Below are positions 39,501 through 48,532 of a stretch of 64,000 bases of DNA, one piece after another. The notes under the pieces were generated by a model. It was given only the letters and a program-made list of their open reading frames with translations, ran no database searches and had not been told where the DNA came from. Location of the stretch: positions 160,001-224,000 of IMG/VR virus record IMGVR_UViG_3300037067_004891; one strand, written 5' to 3'. Position numbers and translations under genes: made by a program. Source of the stretch: a virus. Taxonomy: Duplodnaviria; Caudoviricetes. Each line of letters starts with the position of its first letter. Position 1 is the first letter of the stretch.

Positions 39501-42041
39501 TTTATTAAACCCAGTAATACGAGGGTTACGCATAGTTTTAATAACTAATTTACTATTTACTTCATCCATAGCATAAACTGGTATGTCATTACCTTCATCA
39601 GCTAATTGCTTAATTGACACATATTGTCTACCATCAGCTACTGCAACCAAAGTTTCACCAACAATGCACGGATTAGTTGAAACTGTTTCAAATCCTAAAT
39701 CTGCATAACAATCAGGAATAGATTCTCTTAAAATAGTGTCCCAATATAAAATTCCTGGTTCTGCACTATTTGAAATTGCAAAACCATTTGATAATATAAA
39801 AGTATGATTATCATTAACTGTTAAATCATATACATAGTTATGTTTTGATTTATCAATTATATTTTTTTCTTTTACTTCTTCATATATAATATCATTATTG
39901 TAAATTATATCATCAATTTCTATATTTTTACATTTTAATTTTTTAATTAACACACTTTTTGAAATTCTTCCTGAATAATGTCTAAGTTTATTTTGGAATT
40001 TTTTATTTATAGGTATAAAAGTAGACCCCTTTTCTGTAATTAGATTTTCATTTAATATATTTTGTTTACATTTTAATATAAATTTTATGTATGTGTGAAA
40101 TAAAATATTATGTTCCTTACAGATATATAGTCTGTAACTGTTTTGTATATTACATAACTTTCCCATTATTATTTTTTTACCCATTTTTTCTTTTAAATGA
40201 ATAGAAGAACGAATACCAAATAACATTAATAATTTTTGAATATTATTAATTAAATGTAAATTAGATTGTGAAACATCTATCACACCGCTATTTATTGAAC
40301 CGTCCCCACTAAAAAAACCAGATAACAACGATGATATTTTATTTTTAGTTAGAGAAAAAACCCAATTTGGTAACATTTTTTGTCCATCAATATAATCAAA
40401 TCCAATAGATTTCATTAAATTACCTAATAACGTACTATTTATAGTTATGCAACAATAATTTTTATTAATTTTATAACTCCAATTACAATGAAATTTGTCA
40501 GATATATATTTTAATATATATCTGTAATCTTCAATCTCATTTTTATTAATATGTAATAATACCGAGTTACTATGATATGAACCTTCTGCCAGCCATAAAC
40601 CTAAAAAATTAGAAAATATATTATCAATAAAAAAATCTTTATTTATTAGAATTTCAGTGTTGTCATTTATATTTGGTTTTATTCTAATATTATTTATTTG
40701 AACTACATCTTTTATTTTTAAATATTCAAATATTGGTAACATTTTATAATGAATATAATTACTTGATTTATATCCACCATTTTTATTCATACCAAGTAAA
40801 TGTTTAATTTGTCCATTATTTAAAACATTTTCGAAATCATCAAATATTATAGAACTACCATTATTAAAATAATTTAAATCAATTTCAACCATATCCACAC
40901 CATCGTCATCTAATTTTGTTTTATCTGACAATAATATATAATCACCAATATTTACTTCATTAATAGGTATAGATAATATTTTAAAATCTCTTATTACATA
41001 TACTATATGGTCTTCAGTTGTCGATAATTCTTTTCTCGTTTTAGTTTTTAATGTTATAATATTTTTATTATTCTCATATTTTTGAAAATCTGTTATTGGT
41101 TTTCTTTCTATTCTTAATGTATTTAAATTTAAACTTATTGCTTCATATTTTCTATGTTTATCATGATTTTCAACTAAATCACCTATTTTAATAGTTTTGT
41201 AAATATCGTTTTCATATATAGGAATTTCAGTATCATACGGTACACACTTCCAAGCGTTAAAAATTATTTTATTCCATAATTTTTTAGCATCAATTTCTTG
41301 CTTTACTAATGGAATATCACTTACTAATGGGAATTGTTGAGAATATGAGGTTTCGTTTAAAACTGATTTCATAAATTCATCATCAATTTTAACTGAAATA
41401 TTTGCACCCGTAACTTTACCCTGTTCAAGTTTAGCATCAATAAATTTTTCTACATCTGGGTGTTTAATGGGCATTGAAAGAAGAAGTGCGCCCCTTCGTC
41501 CATCCTGCGCTACTTCACGGGTAGTGTTAGAATATCTTTCCATGAATGGAACAATACCTGTTGAAGTTAATGCACTGTTTTTAACGGGTGAACCTGTTGG
41601 TCTTATAAATGATAGGTCAAAACCGACTCCTGCTCGTCTTTTTTGAAGTTGAGCTGTTTCTTGGTCAAGTTTAAATATACCACCGTATGAATCAGAATCG
41701 TTTTCATTACCTATAACGAAACAATTACTAATACTAACAATTTGAAAGTTGTTACCGATACCAGACATTGGACTACCCTGTGGTATTACTCTTTCAAAAT
41801 TTTTTAATGAATCAAATATGACTTCTTCTGATATAGGATTTGAATATTTATTTTCAATACGTGCTAACTCACCAGACAACCTTCTATGCATATCATCTGG
41901 TGATTTTTCATATAAATTACCAAATGAATCTTTTAAACAATATTTATTAATCCATACTTCGGCTGCTAATTCATCGCCTTTGAAATATTTTAATGTTTCT
42001 GACAATACTTCTTCTCTTGTATATTTTACTAATTCTGACAT
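36591..42041 (-). CDS. nrdJ: class II (B12-dependent) ribonucleotide reductase with two inteins
   Basis: SNCF, RRGA, TNP/CGE, GLGITG, TIAPTGS, KGMTVYRDGSR, C-terminal zinc ribbon; ~850 aa after splicing. Confidence 0.93.
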   Translation of the reverse strand: MSELVKYTREEVLSETLKYFKGDELAAEVWINKYCLKDSFGNLYEKSPDDMHRRLSGELARIENKYSNPISEEVIFDSLKNFERVIPQGSPMSGIGNNFQIVSISNCFVIGNENDSDSYGGIFKLDQETAQLQKRRAGVGFDLSFIRPTGSPVKNSALTSTGIVPFMERYSNTTREVAQDGRRGALLLSMPIKHPDVEKFIDAKLEQGKVTGANISVKIDDEFMKSVLNETSYSQQFPLVSDIPLVKQEIDAKKLWNKIIFNAWKCVPYDTEIPIYENDIYKTIKIGDLVENHDKHRKYEAISLNLNTLRIERKPITDFQKYENNKNIITLKTKTRKELSTTEDHIVYVIRDFKILSIPINEVNIGDYILLSDKTKLDDDGVDMVEIDLNYFNNGSSIIFDDFENVLNNGQIKHLLGMNKNGGYKSSNYIHYKMLPIFEYLKIKDVVQINNIRIKPNINDNTEILINKDFFIDNIFSNFLGLWLAEGSYHSNSVLLHINKNEIEDYRYILKYISDKFHCNWSYKINKNYCCITINSTLLGNLMKSIGFDYIDGQKMLPNWVFSLTKNKISSLLSGFFSGDGSINSGVIDVSQSNLHLINNIQKLLMLFGIRSSIHLKEKMGKKIIMGKLCNIQNSYRLYICKEHNILFHTYIKFILKCKQNILNENLITEKGSTFIPINKKFQNKLRHYSGRISKSVLIKKLKCKNIEIDDIIYNNDIIYEEVKEKNIIDKSKHNYVYDLTVNDNHTFILSNGFAISNSAEPGILYWDTILRESIPDCYADLGFETVSTNPCIVGETLVAVADGRQYVSIKQLADEGNDIPVYAMDEVNSKLVIKTMRNPRITGFNKPIYKINIQGGHSVRVTGNHKFILKDGNIKEAKNLVSGDSLNILTKWFASFEELFPNSNSKSSDYIWINNGKFKSTVSEHRFLYEQLNNIKIDSGNVIHHKDYNSLNNNINNLLMMTKYEHDEFHKTDMIGEKNPYHKMSNEWKFNFASHKGSSNSKYSNILSDDIKDHALRLTKILGRRFSNDDWGKYANENKLPKYFSKFRLEEINSGITSMAKWAALELNIEFINNDPRLVRTYKNMLSNGYNTKIENHKVYVEKICEECGEPFWVEHKQRENSFCSNTCSNLYVNRTTDANIIRTKTINDIFKIKSDENKQKQIKIFSKLQFQLERTPLLKEWENECKIQNIPFRLKTKHGFNTFNELKEEAELYNHKVISVELDGYEDVYNGTVDDVHNFYFGGFQEKTKSGKQLTVSVLGRNCGEITLCKSDSCRLLALNLFGYVKNPFTKEAYFDFDLFKKDIILAERLMDDIVDLELEKIDQILNKIDNDPEDEFIKIYEKNLWVEIKKKAEMGRRTGLGITGLGDMLAALNFTYGTKEATIFSEKIQKTLKLEAYRSSVIMAHERGSFPIYDSIREINNPFILRIKEQDLLLYDEMVKYGRRNISLLTIAPTGSVSLMTQTTSGVEPCFLPVYMRRRKINPQEKNVRVDFIDEEGVSWQEYPVFHHKFEMWLGVNNYDIDAVKNMKREQLDEIVKESPYFKATANDVDWLEKVEMQGRLQKHVDHSISVTVNLPNNVTEEIVAKVYETGWRCGCKGMTVYRDGSRSGVLVSKKEQKEKEKLEAFKDHNAPKRPKRLKADIIRFQNDSEKWIAVVGLLDGRPYELFTGRLVNGLSSLSPTIKECEVVKNKIDGEDGKKISRYDMEYVDVDGEKKTYLELNHSFNPEFWNYAKLVSGLLRHAMPLIYVYELINSLNLNDAHLNTWKAGVERVIKRYIKDGEKIKGVCQECGSEHVEFKEGCMTCMSCGSSRCS
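38250..39668 (-). mobile_element. intein 2 with HNH endonuclease (473 aa) at the catalytic Cys
   Basis: TNP/CIVGET ... VYNGTV...GRN/CGE; IHHKDYNSLNNNINNL. Confidence 0.88.
39768..41246 (-). mobile_element. intein 1 with LAGLIDADG endonuclease (493 aa)
   Basis: AWK/CVPYDT ... VYDLTV...AISN/SAEPG; LGLWLAEG and LSGFFSGDG motifs. Confidence 0.88.
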
Positions 42042-42050
42042 TTTTCATTT

Positions 42051-42962
42051 TCATATTTTTTTAATTTCGATTAAACGAAATTTATTCATTTCTTCTTCTA
42101 AATTTTGTAAATATGATATTCTTATTAATTTGAAACCATTTTGTTTACAAAAATTTTCTTTTATTAAATCATGTTTTTTAATTTTTTCCAAATTTTTTTC
42201 ACCACCCCATTTTTCTATTGCTTCAAAATGGTGTCTTCCGTCAAATTCAATACACAACTTTTGTTTTGGTAAATAAAAATCAAAAGGTAATGTTCTTATA
42301 CTTTTACAATTTTCAAATTTATGTTGTCTGATAAACTCAATATTATTTTTTAATAACAAAGAAGTTATTTTTTTTTCACCTTGTGATTCTGAACACATTG
42401 GACAGCCAATACCTTTTAAATGATTATTTGGAGTTTGTTTAAAATCGCCATGTTTAGGACAAGTTATGACAACCTTTTTTTTAACTATTTCAAAATTTGT
42501 TTTATTATAATCATAAAAATAATTATGCACCTTTTCACTTCTACGTATAAAATCATCGTGTGAGAGTTTGTAAGTTAATGAACATTTAGGACAACCCTTT
42601 TCACCATACATATGATTATTTAATGTTTGTTTAAATTCACCGTGTATTGGACAAATTATAATAACATAATCATTCATTGTCTCATATTCAACATTAGAAT
42701 AATCATATTTATTCAAATGTATATTACCACATTTTATTAAAACTTCTTTTTTTCTTTTAGCATTTCTTTCTTCTTTTTTACATATTTTACATAAAAATTC
42801 ATTTAATAAATTTATAGGTGTTTGTTCAAAACAACCATGTTTTTTACAAATAACTTTAACTTTTGTATGCATATCTTTATAGATAATTTGACTATAATCA
42901 TACATATTATTAAGTAAATTTAAACGTTCAATGACAATATGTACTGGTAAAGTTTTTTTCAT
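42051..42962 (-). CDS. free-standing endonuclease (C.xHG repeats plus PD-(D/E)xK/Vsr-like C-terminus)
   Basis: Three YDYS/N...C..HG.F.Q repeats; PFDFY...IEFDGRHH. Confidence 0.75.
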   Translation of the reverse strand: MKKTLPVHIVIERLNLLNNMYDYSQIIYKDMHTKVKVICKKHGCFEQTPINLLNEFLCKICKKEERNAKRKKEVLIKCGNIHLNKYDYSNVEYETMNDYVIIICPIHGEFKQTLNNHMYGEKGCPKCSLTYKLSHDDFIRRSEKVHNYFYDYNKTNFEIVKKKVVITCPKHGDFKQTPNNHLKGIGCPMCSESQGEKKITSLLLKNNIEFIRQHKFENCKSIRTLPFDFYLPKQKLCIEFDGRHHFEAIEKWGGEKNLEKIKKHDLIKENFCKQNGFKLIRISYLQNLEEEMNKFRLIEIKKI

Positions 42963-42969
42963 ATTTTAA

Positions 42970-43758
42970 TTAAACGAAATTTATATTATCCAAATTTTTC
43001 AAATACCCCTTGGATTTGAGTTCTCTGATTACAATGGTAGCATATTTTTTATCTAAAAGTTTGAAAATATTAAATATGTTATCGGAAAAATAATAAGCCA
43101 GTTCAACAAATATTTCCGAATGTGTATATTTTATACTCAAATGATTCAACAATAGCCTATAATAATCATTAAATGATTGTTTGTTTGGTTTTCTTCGATT
43201 ATTTTTAAATTCTAAATCAGTATGTTTTTCTAAGATTTCAAAAACATCATTTGAAAGATTTTTTTGATTAACATATTCTTCATTGTTTCGAGATTCTTGT
43301 TCAAATAAACTACCAGAATCAATCTTATAATTTTTATTAATAGGATGATCAGATGTATCGTCATCTGCTGTTTCTATTTTATTTTCTTTGCCTTTAAATA
43401 TTGTATCTCTCTTTAAAGAATGTCTACCTTCTCTTTTATGTTTATTGTTATTAAAACGATAAAGAGCATTTAAATCGGAATGTTTATTAGTAGAAACGCT
43501 TTGATTTTCATTTTCTTTCACATTCTTATCACCATCATCATCTTCATCATCTTCGATTTCTTCTATATAAGATAAATCTTCTACATTTTCTTCAACATCA
43601 CTTATATCTTCAAATTGGTTATTACCGAGTGTAATTTCATTATACTCATCAGAATCTTCATTATCAATTTCTAAAAAATCTGGGGTTTCATAATCATCTT
43701 CTAATTTTAAATTTTTATTTTTATCGTTCATAAAATTAAATTTGTTTTTAAACAACAA
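42970..43758 (-). CDS. hypothetical protein with acidic N-terminus
   Basis: ORF track. Confidence 0.65.
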   Translation of the reverse strand: MLFKNKFNFMNDKNKNLKLEDDYETPDFLEIDNEDSDEYNEITLGNNQFEDISDVEENVEDLSYIEEIEDDEDDDGDKNVKENENQSVSTNKHSDLNALYRFNNNKHKREGRHSLKRDTIFKGKENKIETADDDTSDHPINKNYKIDSGSLFEQESRNNEEYVNQKNLSNDVFEILEKHTDLEFKNNRRKPNKQSFNDYYRLLLNHLSIKYTHSEIFVELAYYFSDNIFNIFKLLDKKYATIVIRELKSKGYLKNLDNINFV

Positions 43759-44833
43759 CTAATAAATCGTTTTCCATTGTTAAAGTTTCTGGTTTAAAGG
43801 TGAATTTAATCTGTTGCTCTTTACATTCACCATCACGGAGTTTTAAGTTTTTCAGACGATAAAGATTTTGTCTTTTCATTTCTGTCGTTCTGATAATAGC
43901 CCAAACAGTGTCGGCAGTTTCGACAATAGCTTTTGATTCTGGTACTGCATCCATTTTGATATCAGATGCTCCCCACACTGCCCTATCAGTTTGTGTAGCA
44001 GTAATAAATGTGGTGTTATGTTTTCCAGCCAAATACCTTAGACCTTCAGCTATATGTTTTCCTTTTTGATATAAATTATTTTTAAAATCTAAATTTTTTT
44101 CAAGACTCATAATATTAAGATAATCGACAATTACCATATCAACTTTAAATTGTTTGGTATCTTGAATTTTCATGATATAATTGTCAATATCTGTAACAGT
44201 GCAATCACTTGTATTAAACTTTTTTACAAAGAGTTCCCCTGATTTATTATTAAATAAATTAGTAGTTATCGTACTATTACGAAATGATTTTAATTTATTA
44301 ATCATATATTGGGTATCATTACTCTTTTCTTCATAAAGACTTGGTGGAATTTCAAGTAACATAGAACCCATTCTTTTGGTACACTTATATTCAGCCATTT
44401 CTAATGTCAAAACCAAAACATTTCGACCAGATTTAATAGTATTGGATGCTATATTATGAAGCCACATTGAATTATGAGATAATATACCACTTGTGTAATA
44501 TCTATGTTCGTCACCCTTTAAAGAGATATCAAACATATTAGATTTTATTTCAGTTTTATTATTATATAATATTTCACTTACATCGTTTATAGTGATTATT
44601 TTATCTCCTTTAACTAAATTTTCTACATATACTTCATTATAATTTTCATCAAATAAAATATGTTTATCAGCACATATTAATTCAAAACCATCTGTTGTTT
44701 TTAATTTCCACTCATCATATTCAATTGTCTTACCAATCTGGTCAATATCTGACCACCCACTATCAGTTTCTATTTGCCAATCTTCGACATCAAAAACTTC
44801 AATAAATTTTTTAAAAGTATTATCACTTAACAT
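43748..44833 (-). CDS. split replicative helicase (gp41/DnaB), IntC plus C-extein
   Basis: 121 aa IntC ending SHN, then SMWL; TLEMA, IVDYL and TATQ helicase motifs. Confidence 0.88.
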   Translation of the reverse strand: MLSDNTFKKFIEVFDVEDWQIETDSGWSDIDQIGKTIEYDEWKLKTTDGFELICADKHILFDENYNEVYVENLVKGDKIITINDVSEILYNNKTEIKSNMFDISLKGDEHRYYTSGILSHNSMWLHNIASNTIKSGRNVLVLTLEMAEYKCTKRMGSMLLEIPPSLYEEKSNDTQYMINKLKSFRNSTITTNLFNNKSGELFVKKFNTSDCTVTDIDNYIMKIQDTKQFKVDMVIVDYLNIMSLEKNLDFKNNLYQKGKHIAEGLRYLAGKHNTTFITATQTDRAVWGASDIKMDAVPESKAIVETADTVWAIIRTTEMKRQNLYRLKNLKLRDGECKEQQIKFTFKPETLTMENDLLVVV

Positions 44834-44980
44834 ATATTAATTATTGTTTATTTATAAAATATATACATTTTGTATATTTATCTTCTATATTTTGTTTATT
44901 CTTTTTCTCAAATTTTCGAAGAACATAATATGTGGTAACTTTTACTAACAGTCAAAAATTTAGTATCATTTCCACATATT

Positions 44981-45724
44981 TTACAAACCAATTTTTATAT
45001 TTTTATTTTTATTTTTAATTAAATTGAAAAAATCACCAGTTTTCATTTCTATTACCTTCCCAGTTGTTTTATTTCGTAACTTAATGATACTCAGATAATT
45101 ATGACACTTCCCAATATTTGTCTCACCCATAATTACGTTTAATGTAGCGTTATCCCAACCGCCACCTAATACTGTATCAATAGCAGTCCAACCTGTTCTT
45201 ATCTTGTTTAAAGCAATATTTTGTTTATGTGATTCTGGATCATAAAAATCAGAACCTAAATCTTCATCTATATTATCTATAATTAGAAGATTCTTGTATA
45301 AATTTTCTAATTCAGATGATATACCAAGAACATTCGATATATTAACATCATCTAAACCTCTTATTAATTCAACACTTTTAAATACTCTTTCTTTAACAGA
45401 ATTGGAAATTTTCCAAGCTCTAAATCTACTTTCAACCCATTCTTTTTCAAGTGTATCTATTTGATGTTTTAAAATACTATTTAATGTTCCGTCAGTTATT
45501 TTATTTTCGGAATCGTTCATTTTAACCATCTCGATTATCTGTTCATTAGATGGAACTTTTTTCACTTTACTTGATAGATAATAATCATGTAATATTTTAT
45601 AAATAAACTGAAGTACATCAACTTTAAAAAATGATGTTTCAACGTATTGAAATTGTATAGGATTTACCAATATATAAGAAAAAAACGATAATTCCGTTTG
45701 TGGTGTTATTCTTTCTCCAGACAT
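44981..45724 (-). CDS. split replicative helicase, N-extein plus IntN
   Basis: Walker A GETNIGK followed by a 41 aa IntN starting with Cys (44984-45106). Confidence 0.88.
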   Translation of the reverse strand: MSGERITPQTELSFFSYILVNPIQFQYVETSFFKVDVLQFIYKILHDYYLSSKVKKVPSNEQIIEMVKMNDSENKITDGTLNSILKHQIDTLEKEWVESRFRAWKISNSVKERVFKSVELIRGLDDVNISNVLGISSELENLYKNLLIIDNIDEDLGSDFYDPESHKQNIALNKIRTGWTAIDTVLGGGWDNATLNVIMGETNIGKCHNYLSIIKLRNKTTGKVIEMKTGDFFNLIKNKNKNIKIGL

Positions 45725-45798
45725 TTTATATTTGCATTATTTTAGATAAAAACATGCGAATTATAATTTCACATGTTTTTCTATATTTTTATTAATGT

Positions 45799-47040
45799 TT
45801 AATCGAAAAGTTTATTTTCAGAACCGTCAACATCTATATCAAAAGTATCATCAATTTCATCGATAACATTTGATTCTGCTTTGTGATGTTGTTCTAAAGA
45901 TTGTTCCTGATATTGTTGAGCTTCTTCATAAGATGCATAACGAAAATAATCTTTTACAATTGGTTCTAACTTTTCTAATATATCTTTTGTGAACACTTTA
46001 GTTGTATAAAGGTCTTTATCATAAAAAGTTTGGTCTAAATGTCGAACATACCACTTTGAACGTTGTCCACCAGCTTCAAATTCCAACACACCATCTTTAT
46101 TTTTTATCATTTTACCTCTTGCAATACCAATTTTTTCAAAATTTTCAGCATTACAGAAAAAATCAAGTCCACCATATTTATTTGTACCACCATCACCATC
46201 GATATCAAATTTTATCTTTTTCAATTTAGCCATACGATTTTTCTTAGCTTTTGCACTAACAACAATACCAGTCTGTCCAATAGACATATCATCTTCTCTC
46301 TCACTTTTCAACTTTGCCGATGTTAAATAAACTATAACAGAAGCAGAATATTCAAGACCTTTCCCACCATTCATAATTGCTTGTGGAAATAAATCTTGTG
46401 ATAAATAAATATGATTTGTGGCTACAAGAGGCATCCGTAAAAATCCCATTTCGACTGATATAATTCTAAATAATTGTTTAAGTGATTTAGCCCTCGTCAT
46501 ATCTTGTTTGTTTTTCCCTTCGATTGCATCATCAATTTCTTTTCTTGATGCAACACCACCAATTGAATCGAAAAATATAATAGTTTTTCTAAGTTCAAAA
46601 CCTTCTTCTTTTTTCTTTCTCATATTATTAAGAAATTTTGCCATAACAGTTTTGATAGTATCAACGTCCTTTATTCTTATTAATTGAAAATTTTCTTTTT
46701 TCACATCAACTCCAAATGTTTCAAATGTAGATAATGTACAAGCATGTTCTGTATCAATAAATATTACATAATATCCTTGTTTTTGGGCATTTCTGGCTAT
46801 ATTATAACATATATACGATTTACCAGTTTGAGGATCACCTGCAAACACTGTGATTCGATCATCAGCTACTCCACCATCTATTACATGTGTAGAAAGTAGT
46901 GCATCCAATATGTGAACATCTGTGCTTATGTAAGTGTTTTGAATGTTTGAATTTTCCAGAATAACATCTGTTTTATCAGAAGCAGATTCAAGTAATCCTG
47001 AAATATCACTGAATTGATTTAATGAAGTTTTTTTTGCCAT
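45799..47040 (-). CDS. uvsX: UvsX/RecA-like recombinase
   Basis: GDPQTGKS, IDTE, FFDSIG, DMTRAK, NH and GG motifs. Confidence 0.9.
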   Translation of the reverse strand: MAKKTSLNQFSDISGLLESASDKTDVILENSNIQNTYISTDVHILDALLSTHVIDGGVADDRITVFAGDPQTGKSYICYNIARNAQKQGYYVIFIDTEHACTLSTFETFGVDVKKENFQLIRIKDVDTIKTVMAKFLNNMRKKKEEGFELRKTIIFFDSIGGVASRKEIDDAIEGKNKQDMTRAKSLKQLFRIISVEMGFLRMPLVATNHIYLSQDLFPQAIMNGGKGLEYSASVIVYLTSAKLKSEREDDMSIGQTGIVVSAKAKKNRMAKLKKIKFDIDGDGGTNKYGGLDFFCNAENFEKIGIARGKMIKNKDGVLEFEAGGQRSKWYVRHLDQTFYDKDLYTTKVFTKDILEKLEPIVKDYFRYASYEEAQQYQEQSLEQHHKAESNVIDEIDDTFDIDVDGSENKLFD

Positions 47041-47283
47041 TTTTAAATTAAATTGTTTTTTATGCTATTAAAGCGACTAATGCCATTAATTGCTTTTTAA
47101 TCTTTTAGAACTAAAAAGTAAAAAAGTTTAAAAAATATTTGTTTTTTTAATCGTGAATATTATATATAAATGGGAAAAAACCTTTTTATAAATTATCAGA
47201 TAGTTAGGGGGAAAAAAAATAAAAATATTTTTTTAGACCCTATTATTACTTATATATACTTTAAAAATAGAATAGTTTAATTT

Positions 47284-47682
47284 ATGAATTTTTATATTGT
47301 ATTCTGTAAAACCCGAAAGAAATTCGATAAGTATATAAAAGTAAATAAAATTAGAAATAAAGTTATAATTGATATAAAAGATCAATTAGAACAAGAAGAT
47401 ATTGATTATGAAGAATTTAAAGAATATTTTGATGTGATAATTTACACGAAAATTATACATGCTTTTAAGAAGGGAAAGGATGTATATTATATACCAAATT
47501 TCGAAAAAGATAATATCGATATTAAAGAAATATTTAAAGTATCCAATACTATTAAGAATTCTGATATTAATTACAACGTTTTATTTTTTCATGATGAATT
47601 TAAAAATGATATTCATATAAATAATTCAATAATAGAAAACATTGACAAATTTAATACATCGCAAATTATAAAAGATTATTAG
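47284..47682 (+). CDS. hypothetical protein
   Basis: ORF track. Confidence 0.6.
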   Translation: MNFYIVFCKTRKKFDKYIKVNKIRNKVIIDIKDQLEQEDIDYEEFKEYFDVIIYTKIIHAFKKGKDVYYIPNFEKDNIDIKEIFKVSNTIKNSDINYNVLFFHDEFKNDIHINNSIIENIDKFNTSQIIKDY

Positions 47683-47741
47683 AACACATCTAATTTTCTT
47701 TAATTTGGATATGTTCATTTAAAACAAATGTGGCAGGAATG

Positions 47742-48177
47742 ATTGTGTCAACCCTCATTTTTGTGTGTTCACTCACCAAAGAATATATTGGTGAAAAAAT
47801 GATTTGTGGTTGTGTCAACCCTCATTTTTGTGTGTTCACTCACCTATCGAATATTTCAACCACATCGGTTACATAAGTTGTGTCAACCCTCATTTTTGTG
47901 TGTTCACTCACCTTTTCCTCGCCATAAGGAAAGCAGATAATTAGTTGTGTCAACCCTCATTTTTGTGTGTTCACTCACCCAAAAATAAAAAAGATAGTAA
48001 AGTGGCTGGGTTGTGTCAACCCTCATTTTTGTGTGTTCACTCACCGTACAAAGTATGCAAAACCGCCCCATCCTGTTGTGTCAACCCTCATTTTTGTGTG
48101 TTCACTCACCTGAGTTGGGTGTAGTATATATAGTCGGGTCAGTTGTGTCAACCCTCATTTTTGTGTGTTCACTCACC
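47742..48177 (-). CRISPR. CRISPR-like array 3 (repeat A): 7 repeats, 6 spacers
   Basis: Repeats start at 47742 (1 mismatch), 47809, 47877, 47944, 48010, 48075, 48142; spacers 31,32,31,30,29,31 nt. Confidence 0.9.
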
Positions 48178-48443
48178 ATACCACCAATTATTTCATTAGC
48201 ATTCAATATGTTAAGGTGATATTTCGTTTCTAAAACTTGATATATTTTGTTGAAGTTATAATATAAAACATATTTTTTCTTATCGTAATTAAAATAAACA
48301 ACATCATTTTTCTTTCCAACTAAAATATTAGAATTATACTTAGCAGTAACCCACTCAGTATCTTTAATTATTTGCCATAAAAAATACTTAGGACTTCTCG
48401 CTTCTTGTATCTTTCGAATTATATCTGATATATCTTCTTCCAT
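48102..48443 (-). CDS. array-fused cassette protein, copy 3
   Basis: Paralog ending GMVSEHTKMRVDTT+spacer; TATATTTG promoter-like element at 48463-48470. Confidence 0.8.
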   Translation of the reverse strand: MEEDISDIIRKIQEARSPKYFLWQIIKDTEWVTAKYNSNILVGKKNDVVYFNYDKKKYVLYYNFNKIYQVLETKYHLNILNANEIIGGMVSEHTKMRVDTTDPTIYTTPNSGE

Positions 48444-48532
48444 TTATTTAAAAATCTTATAACAAATATACTTTATTTTTTAATATATACTATAAGACTA
48501 TAAGTAATCTAATAAAAATTTAAATATTACAA

